Below are positions 11,639-24,433 of a DNA stretch of 64,000 bases, piece by piece. The notes beneath the pieces were generated by a model. It worked only from the letters and a program-made list of their open reading frames with translations, had not been told where the DNA came from and did no database searches. Positions within the stretch are counted from its first letter, which is position 1; each line of letters opens with the position of its first letter. The position numbers and the translations under genes are program-made. Origin of the DNA: Cyanophora paradoxa CCMP329 (lineage: Eukaryota; Plantae; Glaucophyta); assembly GCA_004431415.1 (NCBI GenBank), contig QPMI01000399.1, positions 1 through 64,000 of the forward strand, read 5' to 3'.

Positions 11639-14620
11639 ATGTCGGACGGTGGCAAGGGAAGCGAGCCAAGCCGAACGGCCGCGGGCCGGGGGGGCCATTT
11701 CATGCGCCCGATGGCGCTCACCGACTGCAAGTACTTCGCGCGTGGGTCCTGCAACCGTGGGGTGCTCGCGATCTGACGCGCGCTGACGCGGTGCACTGAC
11801 GCGGAACGCAGGGTGCTGGAGGTCCTCCGTGCAAGTTCAGGCACCAGGCGGGCGTCCCGAAGATCTGCACTAAGTGGCTGAAAGGGCGCTGCAGCCAGGC
11901 GCAATGCCCGATGCGTCACCCGCCGTTTGAGGCCGACGCGCCAGCTGCAGCTGCCGGGGGCCGAGCTCCTGCCGGCCAAGGCCGCGGCGCGCATGCGCAG
12001 CCGACGCCCTCTCCCGATTTCAGCAGCAGCACTGGGCCGACTGCAGCGAGCCTAGGCCTTGGCAATTGCGTCGCTGGAGCGCCTGTCCCGATCGGCATCT
12101 TCTGGGGTGCTCATGTCGTGCCGTTCCGTGTCGCGCGCAGTTCAGAACCACGCCGATCGCGACGCGCCCTTCGCAGACATCGAGAACTGCTCCGTCCCGC
12201 GGCAGGCGGACGTCCTCCAGATTGTCGACAGCGTCCGCTCCAAGGCACGCCCGTGCGCGCGCGCCCGCCCCATCGCCCCTGACGCCGGCCGCGGGACAGA
12301 CGCGGGAGGCGTGCCCTGGTGGGCAGGAGGCGCTCTTCCGCGTGTACGGTAACATGAAGCTCCTTCATGACAGCGTCTCGACGAAGCTCAAGCGCCTTGG
12401 TGTCTCGATGTCGCACGTACCCCACACCGGTTCGTCCTGCGCCCCGTGCGCCCCCATCCTTGCCAGCCCGCTCTACCCTCGATGAATAGTTACCTTTGCC
12501 CTGTCGCCCGCGCCGTAGGCAAGCCGAACGAGGCGGACATCGAGATCATCAACGACGTGCGTGCATGCATGCGCAGTGAGCTCATGCACGCCTGCATCTG
12601 GGTGTGTATGGGAGCGGGGGGGAGGCAGGTGCTCGAGTTCGCAAGTCGTGGGGGCCCGCCCGGGGCAGTCGTCTTCATCACCGGAGATGTTGACTACTCC
12701 TCAACCATCAGCATGCTGCGCCACCGCCGCGGCTGGCAGGTGCATGTGGCCGCCTCGTCTTCTCGAGCTCAAATATTCTAATGACACGCTGCGCTGCGCA
12801 TGCAGCTGGTGCTCTTCCACCGCCGCAACTCGCGCTCCGAGCTCCTTGTCGGCGCAAGCGTCGCCCATTGCTGGGAGGACGTCGTCGTCTGTGGGCAGCC
12901 GCAGTCCCCACCAAAGCTGCAGGGCGGGCAACCAGGTGCTGCGGCTGGTGGCGGGGCAGAGGTGGCCGGTTGCTCCCGGCAGAGCGACGCAGGGAATGCA
13001 AATTCGAAGGAGCCCGCCAGGCCTGCGGGGGGGGAAGGTGTTGAAAAGGGCGAGAGCAAGGGGCCCCTGCAGCCACCAACGACAACCCCGTCATCATCCC
13101 CGCCTCCGCCGCAGAAACAACAGAAGCAACAGCAGCAGGTACAGGTGCAGGCAACAGCGCAGGGGGGTGGCCAGGCTCGTATTGTCGACATGACCATCCG
13201 CTCGGGCCTGGTGGGAGATGCTGCGGCAGTCAGGGGCGCCGTTGCCTTCTTTCTCGAGTCGCAGGGGACGCCTGCCCTCAACGTGCAAACGACACGGCCC
13301 CAGTGAGCGTTCTTCTCTTTGCAATTCGTATTCCTCCCTTCAGCTTTCTCTCAGGTATGTTGAAGGGCAGAGTGGGCGCGTCGTTGTAACATTCGAATCA
13401 TCAGAGCTGGCTGCCAGAGCGGTTACGTTCTGGAAGGTGCACATGGGTCTCTCTTGAATCATGTAAAGCTCTGGGAGGGAGCAGAGCGGTGATTGATCAT
13501 GTAAAGCTCAGCGGCAGGCCCCGAGAGGAACAGAGATCGAGCTGGCCGTTCGGGATGTGACAGAGAATGTAAAGGCGCCTGGGCCGGTGCAGCAAAAGGA
13601 TGCGGTCGTCGCGACAGTCGAGATAGAAAATGTGTACAGCAGTGCAGGTAAATGCGTCCTCTGTGGACAAGCATTCAAAACCCGTGAGGTGCACTTCATG
13701 ATAAACATCCAGGGGTAAAAGTGCACCTGCTGATTGATTCAATTTCGCCCCCATGGCTGTGGCAGGGGTGCTTGCAACACGCGACGAACAAACACACGAT
13801 GTGTGCTTGCTCCGGCTGCCCCCTCGTCTTTGGGGACGACAGGGCGCGTGAGGAGCACGAAGCCCGTGCACACTTCGAGTGCCCCGCCGTGCGTGACCAC
13901 GGCAGTCCGATAGACGTCCGGATTCCAGTTGCAGGGTTCAATGACCCCGATGCACGTGCAGTGCTTTGAGATCTTCAAGGATGCTGAGCAGCGGACGGTC
14001 CACATGGCCCGCATGCATTCGGGCGTGGACTTCGAGCAATGCGAGCGTGAAATAGCCTGCAGCACGTGCTTCCACAGTGAGGCGCTGTACAAGACACTCG
14101 CTGCATTTGATGACCACCTCATCAAACGGAAGTGCTCTGGGGGGCAATACTTCCGCTGTCTCCAGTGCCCTCGGCTCCTCGTGCGTGTTGTGCTTGCAAT
14201 AGTAGTTTAACTTTGCATAGTTTCACTTTGTTTAACTAAGCATGCTGCACTGTGCAGGTGTTCCCTGGGGCCTTGGAGCTCGAAAGGCACTTGACAGAGG
14301 TGCACAGTATGAATGGCATCAATGCCTGTCTCAGCTGCCCCTCGTGCCACCGCTGCATGGACCAGTGGCGTCTGCTGCAGCACATGCGCGATTCCTTCCA
14401 CTGGGTGTGTATGCCTCTCGAATTCACACTCCAACACTCAGCCCGACCTGCTCACATGTCCCCAGGTGTGCAAGGAGCCGGGGTGCGAGCATGTGTTCGC
14501 ATTCCAGAGCTGTGCAGCTCGGTTCAAATTCACCCCAACCCGCCCTGCCTTCTCGCCAATTTCTCATGTTTTTGTGCACACGCAGGCACGCGAGAAGGGT
14601 GCACGGAAACGCCACGTAAA
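11639..14620 (+). CDS. Multi-exon gene: CCCH zinc fingers + NYN (MARF1/LabA-like PIN) ribonuclease + RRM-like segment + C2H2-like fingers
   Basis: Spliced motifs [34 protein letters not shown]|[36 protein letters not shown], several CxxC..HxxxH; GT-AG introns and one GC-AG intron (12245-12299). 3' end uncertain. Confidence 0.8.
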
Positions 14621-14764
14621 TAACAGCACAACGTATGGTCTCCTTACATTCTCCATGGTCTTCCCGAAAACTGAGTTATTCATGAGTTTGTAGAAATCTT
14701 TTTCGAAATCGTTTCGCTCCTGTGTCCTCAGTTTCGTGTTTAGGTCTATGAAGGTTTCAACCAT
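14615..14764 (-). pseudogene. Fragment of Polinton/Maverick/PLV-type family B DNA polymerase
   Basis: [38 protein letters not shown] = PolB motif B (KxxxNSxxGK) in the form typical of these elements; AT-richer than flanks; bounded by a poly-G tract. Confidence 0.85.
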
Positions 14765-14885
14765 TGGGGGGGGCGGGGGGGGGGGGGGGGGGGGGGGGGG
14801 GTCTTCAACCGACTTCATATTCAAATCTAGCGCCCTCGTCCCGCTCTGTCCCCCACAGCCTCGTACCAGATCTGAGGCTGCGACG

Positions 14886-15220
14886 ATTTGCATTAGCACA
14901 CAACAACAACTACTTGAAGTTTCACATCGCCCAACTTATCTCTCCGACTAGATAACACTGAGGACCGTCGAGTGCTGTGCTCTGTCTAAGTGGTAGGTTT
15001 GGTGTAGGGCTAGCTGTATATCTAGCTAAGAAGGTAGGAAATAGGTTTAAGAAGAAGGTAAGCAATAGGTTTGTAGCGAGCGCTAAGTCTGGTCTGTAGC
15101 TATTTGTCTACTAAGGTTCATGAAAGTGAAAGGAAGGGAAATTAAAGGAAAATTTGCAATTGGGCTTGTATATATGGGGCGGTAATGTTCGGGGGGTAGA
15201 TTGTATGGGACGCCGTGACG
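14886..15220 (-). mobile_element. 3' UTR of a family B-related retroelement
   Basis: Terminus atttgcattagcaca and internal tgaggac..gtgctgtgc shared with 16306-16410 and (inverted) 50090-50197. Confidence 0.65.
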
Positions 15221-16305
15221 ACTGCTCCGCAGCGAATTAGCAGAGTCCTAAATTAACAGACTATGTCAGCGGCAGAATTTCGGTCTGTTAATTTGGCCAT
15301 GGGACTCTGTTAATTAAGAGAGTCCAGTATTTATGTGTTACACGGTAAGTTAAACGTAGAGCTTCAAAGGCTTGGCGGAATAGACGCGTATTATGTACTA
15401 CGTACGGTATACGTACGCCCGGCGGCCCCCATCCGACAATCAGACTCTGATCATGAGAGCTCGCGATATCCATCGAGGTCTGGCCATGCCATGATGGCAG
15501 CCCTCCTCCCCGCCCTTCAAGGCTTTGAATTCGGTCTTCCAGCCTGGCCATGGCCCGTCTCAGTCGATCGCGAGTCTCCGAGCTTAAAGCTTTGAGCTCG
15601 AGGCCGCCTGACCGTCGGACCCTCGAGCTCTCCCCCTCTCCCCTCTACTCCGTAGTACGGTACTAGGGATATTATAATAATGTGCTCTTGATCATGCCAT
15701 GATGATCAGCGCCGCGGCGCTTGCAATTGTACATGTATACGGGCCGAGCCTCGGAGGCTCTTAACCGCCGGACCACTGACTCATGAGCAGTGAGGTCGAC
15801 GTTCAATAGCTATAGCCGCTGACTCGGTAAGTGCCTGACAACTCAGTGCCTTGCAAGAGGGACAATAATGATCATGAAGGGTCATATCATGGCAATAGAA
15901 GGCGGTGCACAGTAACTTAGAAAGCGAGGGCTGTTAGGCCTGACACGACAAAAGAATTGACTCAAGGGACACTCACGTGACTCTTTTCCAGCCCGAAGAA
16001 GACTCTTGTCCAGCCCGAACAAGACACCATCGGGGCCTCTAATGTCTGCGGGAGACTCCGAGAGGGCGAGGCAGGGAGGGCGGGGCGGGGCGGGGCGGGG
16101 CAGCGCGGGGCAAGGAGGGTGGGGCGTCGGTAGCGTTTGGCGGGCCGGGCGGGGCGGGGCGGGGCGGCGGGGTGCCGCTCAGCGGCTGGCACATGGAGCG
16201 GATGAAGCGCATGAGGGGTGACCTAGTGAAGGATCCGGAGCAAGGGCGGGGGGAGCGCCGGCAGGTTGATCGGAGGCGGGGCCGGGGGTGGGGCGGGGAT
16301 ATCAA

Positions 16306-19300
16306 ATTTGCATTAGCACAACCGTACAACACTGAAGTCGTAACGTCGACCATACCCTCACTGAAAACTATATCCAGGAAGAGAATATGAGGACTCTCGT
16401 GTGCTGTGCCTAAACATCTACCTATATAACTAGCTATCCATCTAACTCTACCCCTGGGCTAGTCCTATGCTAATAGGTGGGGATGGAGCGAGGGTGGTAA
16501 AGCTGGTGGGGTGGTACTGCCTGAGTGGAGAGGTGAGGAGCTTGGTGCCTCCGGCCCCGCTAGGGCCGGGGGTTCAGAGAGGATTAGGCCTCCACTTTGG
16601 CTGGGCACTCCCGCTCCGTTGCTCCCCGACTCCAACTGTCCGCCCCCTCCCAAGTCTACCCCCCCCTCCCCCCCCGGCATGGGCCCTCCCTCCCCTGCCT
16701 GTACGCACAAATTGCCAGTGTCCTTCACACTAGCACATACAAAGAGAGAGAGAGCAAGTAAAAGACACTAGCACATACAATCCTCGAGGCCTCTCTAGTC
16801 TATAACTGCGGCCTGGCTGCTGGGCTGCAAGCATGGCGCCAAAATACATCGCCTGCGCCTGGTTCATCTGCATCTGCTGTGCCACCTGCTGCGGCGTCTG
16901 CTGCATCATAAATCCCGGGAACCCCCCCGGGAGCTGGGGGGAGAGAATGGGGATCGGGGGTTGAGGCGCCGCCACCTCCGCCGGAGTGTGTCCTCCGCGC
17001 CCGCCGTGGGGTCCGCCGCGTCCGCGCGTCCCGCGGCCCCGCGAGTTGCGGCCACGGGTATCGTTGCTGCTCAGCGCCGGCGCCGCTGACGTCACTGCTG
17101 CCGAGTTTATGCCCAGCTGCAGCGGCGGCCAGGATGCTGCGGGGACGCCGGCCACGACGGCAAAGACGTCGGTCGGCGTTGCGCTGCTGCCGCCCCAGGC
17201 TGGCGCTGGCGGGGCCGTGGGAGGTACAAATGGCTGCAGCACCCGAGGGCGCTTGGCCTCCTTGGGGAAGAAAGTCTCGCGGGGGTCCGCCTCTTCCTGG
17301 TCGCGCTTGCTCCCGCGCCCGCGCCCAGCGTTTGCTGCTGCGCCGCCGCGTCCGCGGCCGCGGCTGCTGGCTGCTGAGCCCGGCTGCTGGCCAGCCAACG
17401 ACGCTGCTGACGCCTCAGCGTCCGCCTCGCCGCTCGTCCGCGGCTTCCAGTCCGTGCCGGGGCACTTCGAGCTCTTGTGTTCGAAGTAGGCTTGGAGGCG
17501 GGGCTGAAGTTCTGGAGCGCCTTCGGGGTGAGGCTCGCCGGCGGCCGGACACGCCAGAGCGAGGCTGTGTGGTCCGCCACCTGCATTGAGAGGTGAAGCG
17601 TCTCGCCGCACGAGTAGCGCACGCCAGGCGCGGCGGGCTTCATCGCCGCCTCCCAGGCAGCCACCTTCTCCTTCTTGATAAGGAGGTGCAGCACGTCGCC
17701 GTCGGGTGGTGACTGGCCGTGACTGTAGCTGCATTGGTGGTAGACCAGCGTCACTTCGGCCGGGTTGCGCGCCACTTCCTTGAGGATGGTGGGCAGCTGC
17801 CAAGCCTTCAGCCTTCTGCGTCCGCGGGGACGGGAGGGGAAAAAGGAATCTCGGCTCACCGGGAGTTGCGCTGTCGCCGCGTGCAGAGCCAGAACAAAGG
17901 TGCCGCAGGTGTGGAGCTCGGGGGCCTCGGTTGCGAGGTTCACCGTGATGGGACACGACTCGAACCGCAGAAGGTTCGCCTTGCTGAGTTCGATCAGTCT
18001 GCAAGCGCGGGTTGCTGTCAGCCTCAGGTGTCAGCCCCGGTCGCCGTGCGCGGCAACGTACTTGTTGGCCAGGTGAACGTTGCTGGTGGTGAGGGCGATG
18101 CGCGGAGGCTCGCGCATGATCATGTTCTGTTGTACCGCCGCTGGCGTGCCGGCCCATCCGAGGACTCGAAAGCCGAGGCATTCTGCCTCCAGCTGCGTAC
18201 CAGCGGTTGGTTAGCGTTCGCCGCGTGGCCGGTTAGATCATCGCACCGTGCCGTCTTGCAGCGGCGTGAGTTTCTCCCGCGTCGCGGTCTTGAGCGACTT
18301 CGTCGCGTCGTGCTCCACCTGGCGCGCCAGTGTGCGGAAGAGATGAAGCACGTCGCGGCGCGTGTTCGCGGAGAAGTTGCCGTCCGGCTGGAGGCCGCCC
18401 TTGGTAGAGAACACTGGGGCGCCGTCGATGAGGATCATTGGCGCGTGCTCCTTGTCATCGAGCAGCATCCATGGTTTCGGGGCTCTCTGCGCATGCACAG
18501 TTATGGGGAAGTCGTTCCGGCTCGCTCGGCGGCTTACCACTACTGGCGAATCGATCTGGTAGATCGTTACTTCGTCTCGGCGATTCGTCTTGTTCGGCAA
18601 TTTCACCGCGAGGCATGTAGCGACGCGCAGCTTCGCAGCCGTGTCCTTGGTCCACTGCGAGGGGTGAGCGAGGAGACTTGGGGACGGGCGTATCGTCAGA
18701 TCGGGCGCACCTTGCGAGCTTTCGCATATGTGACATCTGTCATCACGTCCGGCGTTGCCAGTACTGCGACGCACCCCTTTGAGGGGAAGTTGGTGCGAAC
18801 TCCGCCGTGGGCGATGTTCCGTTCTGAGATCACCTGTCGCACATTCTCAGCGTGGGCGGGAGCTCGCTCGGCCGAGTCATGACGGACCGTTTGAACCATA
18901 TGTTTGCGTTCATTCAGTGGGACTAGCCCGTCGCCGTTAAGGCAGAGTTGGGTCCCCGCGTACTTGGTCGGGACAAGGTCGAGCGGTTCGAAGACGACCG
19001 CAACCATGAACTTCGGGACGCGGAAGGTCTTGTTTATCGGTTGCGACTTGTCCCGTCGCTCTCCGCCCGTCGGCGCTCGCACAACTGGGCCGCTCGGCCC
19101 TGCCGCGTCATCGTCGTCGGCGTCGCCGGCATAGTCTTCATCTTCGCCGGCGTTCACCGCAGCGCCCTGCTCTCCGGCTTCTGCACCAGCGCCTTGCTCG
19201 CCGAGATCTGCGCCGTTGCCAGCATCGTCGATCTCGCCGAGGCCGTCCATGAGCTCATCGCCATCGGCGTCTCCGCCTTCCTGGCCAGCGCCTTCCTCAG

Positions 19301-20333
19301 CAGCGCCAGGCTGGGCTGGCGTTGCGAACGGGTTGAACTCCTGTTCCGCCATCGTGTGGCGCACTTCTCTGCGCATCGTCGTGTCGGTTAGACAACTGGT
19401 GCGAAATCGTGCCGGGCCTGGAGCTTGGCCGGTTAACTGACCGTCCAGAAGACGTGGCATCTCATTTCAGGACAGGGGGTCCTGTGATTGCGGCAAAGGC
19501 CTTTGCGGCGACAAGCAGTGGCCTTTCGGCGGATTTGAGCCAACGGGCGGGCGCGAGGCACGCTAGAGGTCTCACCAGCGCAGACACTGGCTCCCACAGT
19601 GTGTAGGCGTCGTGTCGGCGCGGGTTCCGGCGCCTTGTGCTCCTTTTTCGGGGTACCGGAATCCCGGGGGTGGGGCGGGGCCGGGGCGGTCAGGGCCAGA
19701 GGAAGAAAGTGTCGTCGAGGGAGACCACCTCCTCCCGCACCTGCCGCCCCCGCCCCTCGGGCCCGAGAGGCGGGGGCGGGAGGGGAGGCGGGGCGCGCCC
19801 GCGTGTGGTTGTGCCGCAGGAAGGTCGCCACCTCGGCGACCAGGCGCCCGATCCGCAGCGCGGGGCGGGGCGCTGAGCGCGGCGGGGCGGGGCGGCGGGC
19901 GGCGGACGTTGCTGGAGAAGGTGACGACGGAGGCGCCGCACGTCGCCAGCGCCACCAGGTCCGGATCCACCACCGCCGCCTGCCCGCCCCGCCCCGCCTC
20001 GCCCGCCGCCCCGCGGGGGGCGCCGGCGGCTCGCCCTCCAGTTGCGCGTGCGCGTCCCGCCTCTCCGCCGCTCCCGCAGGTGGCCCGCGTGGTCGAAGAC
20101 CTGCCCCCGTCCCCCTGAGCCTCAGCCGCGGCTGGCGGATCCGTTGGCGGCCGGGCGGGAAGCGGTCCCGCTGGTCAAGAAACCTCGCGGACGATGCTAA
20201 CGCACGAGCCTCGCTAACACGGCGCGCTTCGCCCGGTTCCGGGTCCTGTCTCTTCCAACACTCGCAGCTCGCCTCGCTCCTTCTCCCGCAGGCTAGGTGC
20301 TCGTTCTTGTTTCCGCTACTCTCGCCTTGATCT
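16306..20333 (-). mobile_element. Family B: RT-less retroelement encoding one frameshifted ORF1-like protein (about 16730-19350), HAL1-like
   Basis: Overlapping ORFs 18696-19460, 18238-18774, 17107-17943, 16730-18181 join into an acidic N-terminus, central domain, HKSSKC knuckle-like motif, RGG and Q-rich tail; no EN/RT motifs; 3' end matches the TSD-flanked insert 49765-50204. 5' limit inferred. Confidence 0.6.
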
Positions 20334-21171
20334 TGTTCTGACACCGGGGACGCGCGCAGCGCAGCGGATGCCGTTCACGCGCGGCCAGCATCTCGCACTT
20401 CTTGCTGCGGGAGCTCGGACGGGTGCGGTCTTTTCGCAGGCGCGCATTCTTCTCCTCTTTCGCTTGACGCTCCGAGCGCAGCGAGCGCCTCGTCCTCGCC
20501 CTCGGCTACGGGCGGGGATGGTGCCGCTGTCACTCCGGATCCGTTCTTCTGCCACTTCTCTTTGCCGAGGTGCACAGCCGCGCGCGCGCATGCCAACCTT
20601 GTCTCTTTCTGTTCGAGCGTTTGCTGACCGCGACGCGCACAGCGCAACGAGCGCCGCGAGGTGCCGCATGACCTTTTGCGGGTTGCATCACTTTACGTCT
20701 GAGCCGGTCTGCTAGCGCTGCTCCCTCTACTTGCCGAGGCACACAGCTCGTTTTTGACACTCGCCTGCTCGCAGCAACCAGCGATTGTGCTGCTAGTAGG
20801 GCAGCGGGTCAGGAGCTCGCCGAGTCGCTGTTTTCGGGAGTATGGCTCAGAGGGAGGGGGCAGCAGCTGCAACTCGTTTTCTCAGTGCTAGCTATTGATA
20901 GGGCTGCGCTGCCTTCGCGCACATGCATTTTTTGCTGGCAATGCGTTTTCTGTATGACTGCTTTCTGCATATAGTGGTGGGAGCTTCCGAGAGCAGCGGC
21001 CCTGCCCGGGCTTTCGAAGCCTGCGCAGGCGCATCCCCATATGCAGGGTGCCCTCGGACCGGGGCCGGTTGATCTCGATTTGATTTCTCGAAGTTGATCG
21101 AGATAATTTTGAGTTATCTTTAATTACTAATTTTGATTTTTCATGCAGAATATTAAAATTAATGTCCGTAA

Positions 21172-21397
21172 AACACAGGGTTGCACAGAACACACGTGCA
21201 CATGTACAGGGTTGCACAGAACACATAGGGTTGCACGGTTAAACACAGGTCTACATGGATAAACGCCGGTTTGCATGGGTAAACACAGGGAACATGGGTA
21301 CACACAGGCTGACATGGGTAGGCACAGGTATACATGGGTGGGCACAGGTGGACACAGGTGGACACAGGTCGACACAGATTGCACCAGATTGCACCAG
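21172..21397. repeat. Short-period tandem repeats (acagggttgcacagaac; acaggtggac; acatgggt)
   Basis: Direct reading. Confidence 0.8.
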
Positions 21398-21419
21398 AGA
21401 AGGTTTCGGCAACCTACGT

Positions 21420-24067
21420 TTTTGGTATCGCACGACATGCGTCGAAGAGGGGGTTCCGGAACTCGCCACGTGTCATGCCGGCGTACGCGTCGTCATCCGC
21501 GCACACGTCGTCGACGCGCTTCGCCCGATCATGTGCGGCAACATCGAAGCGCTGCTTCACGAGGGTTTTCATGTAGCAGGTGCGGGTGTGATTGTGCTGC
21601 TGGTACTTTGCGGCGAATTCACGAGCGTAGAAGGTCGCCCAATCGTGTTGCAATTCAGGAGGCACGCCAGGCATTCCTACAAACGAGCGCATCAGCTCGA
21701 ATTGCGCAGTGTGAACTTCCTGGCGGCAAGTGGGTCCTCACCCTCTGGCCGCGGCAGCTCAGCTTTAAAATTGCATATACTGTGGAAGAGCTGCAGGAAG
21801 TTCCGGATCCCTTCGGGAGGGCCGTCCATTGCGTCGTTGAAGAGCGGCATCCCCTCGAACCACAGGATGGCGTGCGCATGCAGGGCCTGCCTACTCTGCT
21901 CCTGGAACCGGTTCACGTAGCCGGTGAGCTTGTAGCCGCCGAATACGTGGCGTGCTCCCTCGGAGGCCATGAGGTGGAAGAACGCCTTGACGCGCCTGTA
22001 GAAGTGACGTTGCGCGATGCCCGGGTTCTCATTCATGATCCGATGATCTCGTCGCACTCGTGTGATGTGAGCCTGTCTATGGTCGCTTGGGTCGCGAAGC
22101 GTTCACGGTCGATCGCACGGAAGAGAGTGGGATCCTCACGGTCGTTGTTGGACATGGTGAAAAAGGCGTTTGCCGGCCCGAATGTCTGCGAAATTGCCGA
22201 GATGCGTCCAAAGAACTTCCGCATGTACTCGGGCGATCCAGGCTCCTGCACCCGCTCAGTCAGCGACTGCCACCGCAAACTGTCCACTGGATGGAAACGC
22301 ACTGCGCGCTCTGTGTTCTTGATGATGCGGTTGAGGTCGTCATTGGTGACAAGTATATCTGCACTTTTGGAGTATTGCAATACCTTCGACAGAATCTGCG
22401 ACAGAATCAGTCGATAAAATTCGACAGAATCGGTCGACCGATTCTGTCGCAGAATCAGTCGATCGACAGATTCTGTCGATCGACTCCAGGCGGCGCTGTA
22501 TTGTTCCCACCGTGACATCCTCTCCTGCTTCCTCAAGCTCCGCCAGCGATCGCTGGGAAATTGCTGCATGCGCCGCGTCAAACACGAGCATGCGAAAGTA
22601 GTTGGTGACTTGGTCGAAGATCCAGGAGACGTTCGCTCCAAGCTGCTTTGCAGACTCCGCGAACATCGCCCAGCGGTTGTACATGAACGGGCTGATCTCG
22701 GAGCGCCTCTTGTCCTCGAAGTCGTCCCCCGATCGCCCGTGCAGACCTGCTTCCCGTCAGCACCGGGGAAACGCTGCTGCAAATTCAGCAGATCGTCGTC
22801 GTGACGTACCATCGACGAAGAGGTCGATGTACGGTCCTGTCTGAGCGAAAGCCTGGTGCCGATGATCGACGTACTCAGGGTCCAGATGGGGCACCGTCAC
22901 GAGGGCAGTCCGTTCGGCGAGGGAGAGGACGGCTCGCGGCAGCAGACGCTGCGCTCGAAAGTTTGCAGGCGATTCTGCTGCAGCGGGTGCAGGTTCATGG
23001 TCGTCGTCGCTGTCGTCGCACACGGCCTTCCCTAACGCGTCACGATCGAAATCGCCCGCGAACGGTCCGAGGGTATCTGCGCCAGGTACGCTGTCGAGCT
23101 CATGCTTCCACGTGTGCCGAAACTTGTTCGCCTGCGACGCCATCCGTGAGTCCCTGGATTGTCCTCGTGTTCGGATTGGTGCACCTCGCTGAGGAACGTC
23201 TCTTCGATTGCCTCTTCTGCTTCCGTTCTTTGCGGCACGTGCTCCGGCTCCCCTGCAGTAGGGGCGGATATCTCGAGAGCCTCATCGGCGGAGAGCGCGG
23301 GTCCGGCGTTGCCGGCAGCGTCGGCGTCCAACTGAATGAGCTCGGCGACAGCTGCCTGTTGCCTTCGACGAGCGGTCGGGCCTGGGAGCACGTATGCGCT
23401 CGCCTCGTCTTCCGCCATGATGTTGAGTTCTGCCAGCACGTCGTCGGCTTCGGGCTCGCCGGTGGCAGACACCAGGTGCGACATGGACGTAGTCTCGCCC
23501 GAAGGGCCTGCAGTTGTTGCGTCCTGCGCCGGTGCGTGCAACATGCGCTCCAGGGGCACGGCAGAGTGTCCGGCCTCCGGAATTGGTTTCATCCGCCGCT
23601 TTGCTGGGCGCGTGGCTTCGGATTCCGAAGGAGGCGGCAACGGCATTGCCGTGTCGATGGGTTCTGGGTCGTGCTTCTCGACTTCTTCGTTCCACGCCTC
23701 GATGGTCTTCATGAGTGTCGCCCACTGTGGCGACGATGACGCGTCGTCGATCGCAATGTGCTTGAGCCAGCGGTTCGGCGCGACGGATCGCTCGATCCCG
23801 CTTTCGTCAGTCCACGTCTCGCCGTTGCGAAGCAGACGCAGAATCTTCACAACGCGCTGCAGGTCGAACCGCCAGCATGCCGTGACGTCGCCAGATGGCT
23901 TCTCGTAGTTGACGAGGAACGAGTGCAGCTGAGGCGGCAATGGAAAGCCGGGGAGTGCGTCGGGAGTTGTGGACACGAGGTCTGCGAGAATGTGCTCCAT
24001 CGACACCTTTGGCTCGTGTCGCACGAGCGTGACGGCCATCCTCGACTTCTGCTGAAACCCGCCTCGA
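21420..24067 (-). pseudogene. Helitron/Helentron Rep (HUH endonuclease) remnant, no helicase
   Basis: QTFGPANAFFTMS (motif 1), FQEQSRQALHAHAILW (HUH motif 2), YQQHNHTRTCY, upstream RVVKILRLL..NRWLKHIAID; several frameshifts. Confidence 0.85.
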
Positions 24068-24395
24068 GTATGAAGCATCTCCTGTACATTTTGTAGTTCG
24101 GTGTAGTTCGCTGCGTTTGAACTACAACCGATTTTGTAGTTGTAATCCCTTGAGGTTCGGTGTAGTTCGCTGCTTTTGAAAGGGCGTCGCGTTGACAGCG
24201 AATGACAGCGAACTACAGCGAATTACAGCGAATCATCGAATTACATCGAATTACAGAAAGTGCTAAAACTTGGGGGGGGGAAACACATTATTTCGAAATT
24301 ATATTTTATTTGGCTAAATTAGCGACCGGCTGGTCGGCGACTTGGCTAGTTGACTCGAGGGCGAGTGACTAGGCCGGCTAGCCTAGCTAGTCGAC
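24068..24395. mobile_element. Solitary end (about 330 bp) of the long-TIR element, truncating the Helitron Rep
   Basis: Near-perfect inverted copy of about 26975-27303. Confidence 0.85.
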
Positions 24396-24433
24396 GTCGT
24401 CGGGAGGTGTACGTATACATGTCGGACGTCAAC

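Noticed and set aside
20885-20925. Helitron 3' terminus (hairpin + CTAG, minus strand)
   Set aside because: Weak hairpin and CTAG is not followed by the expected T
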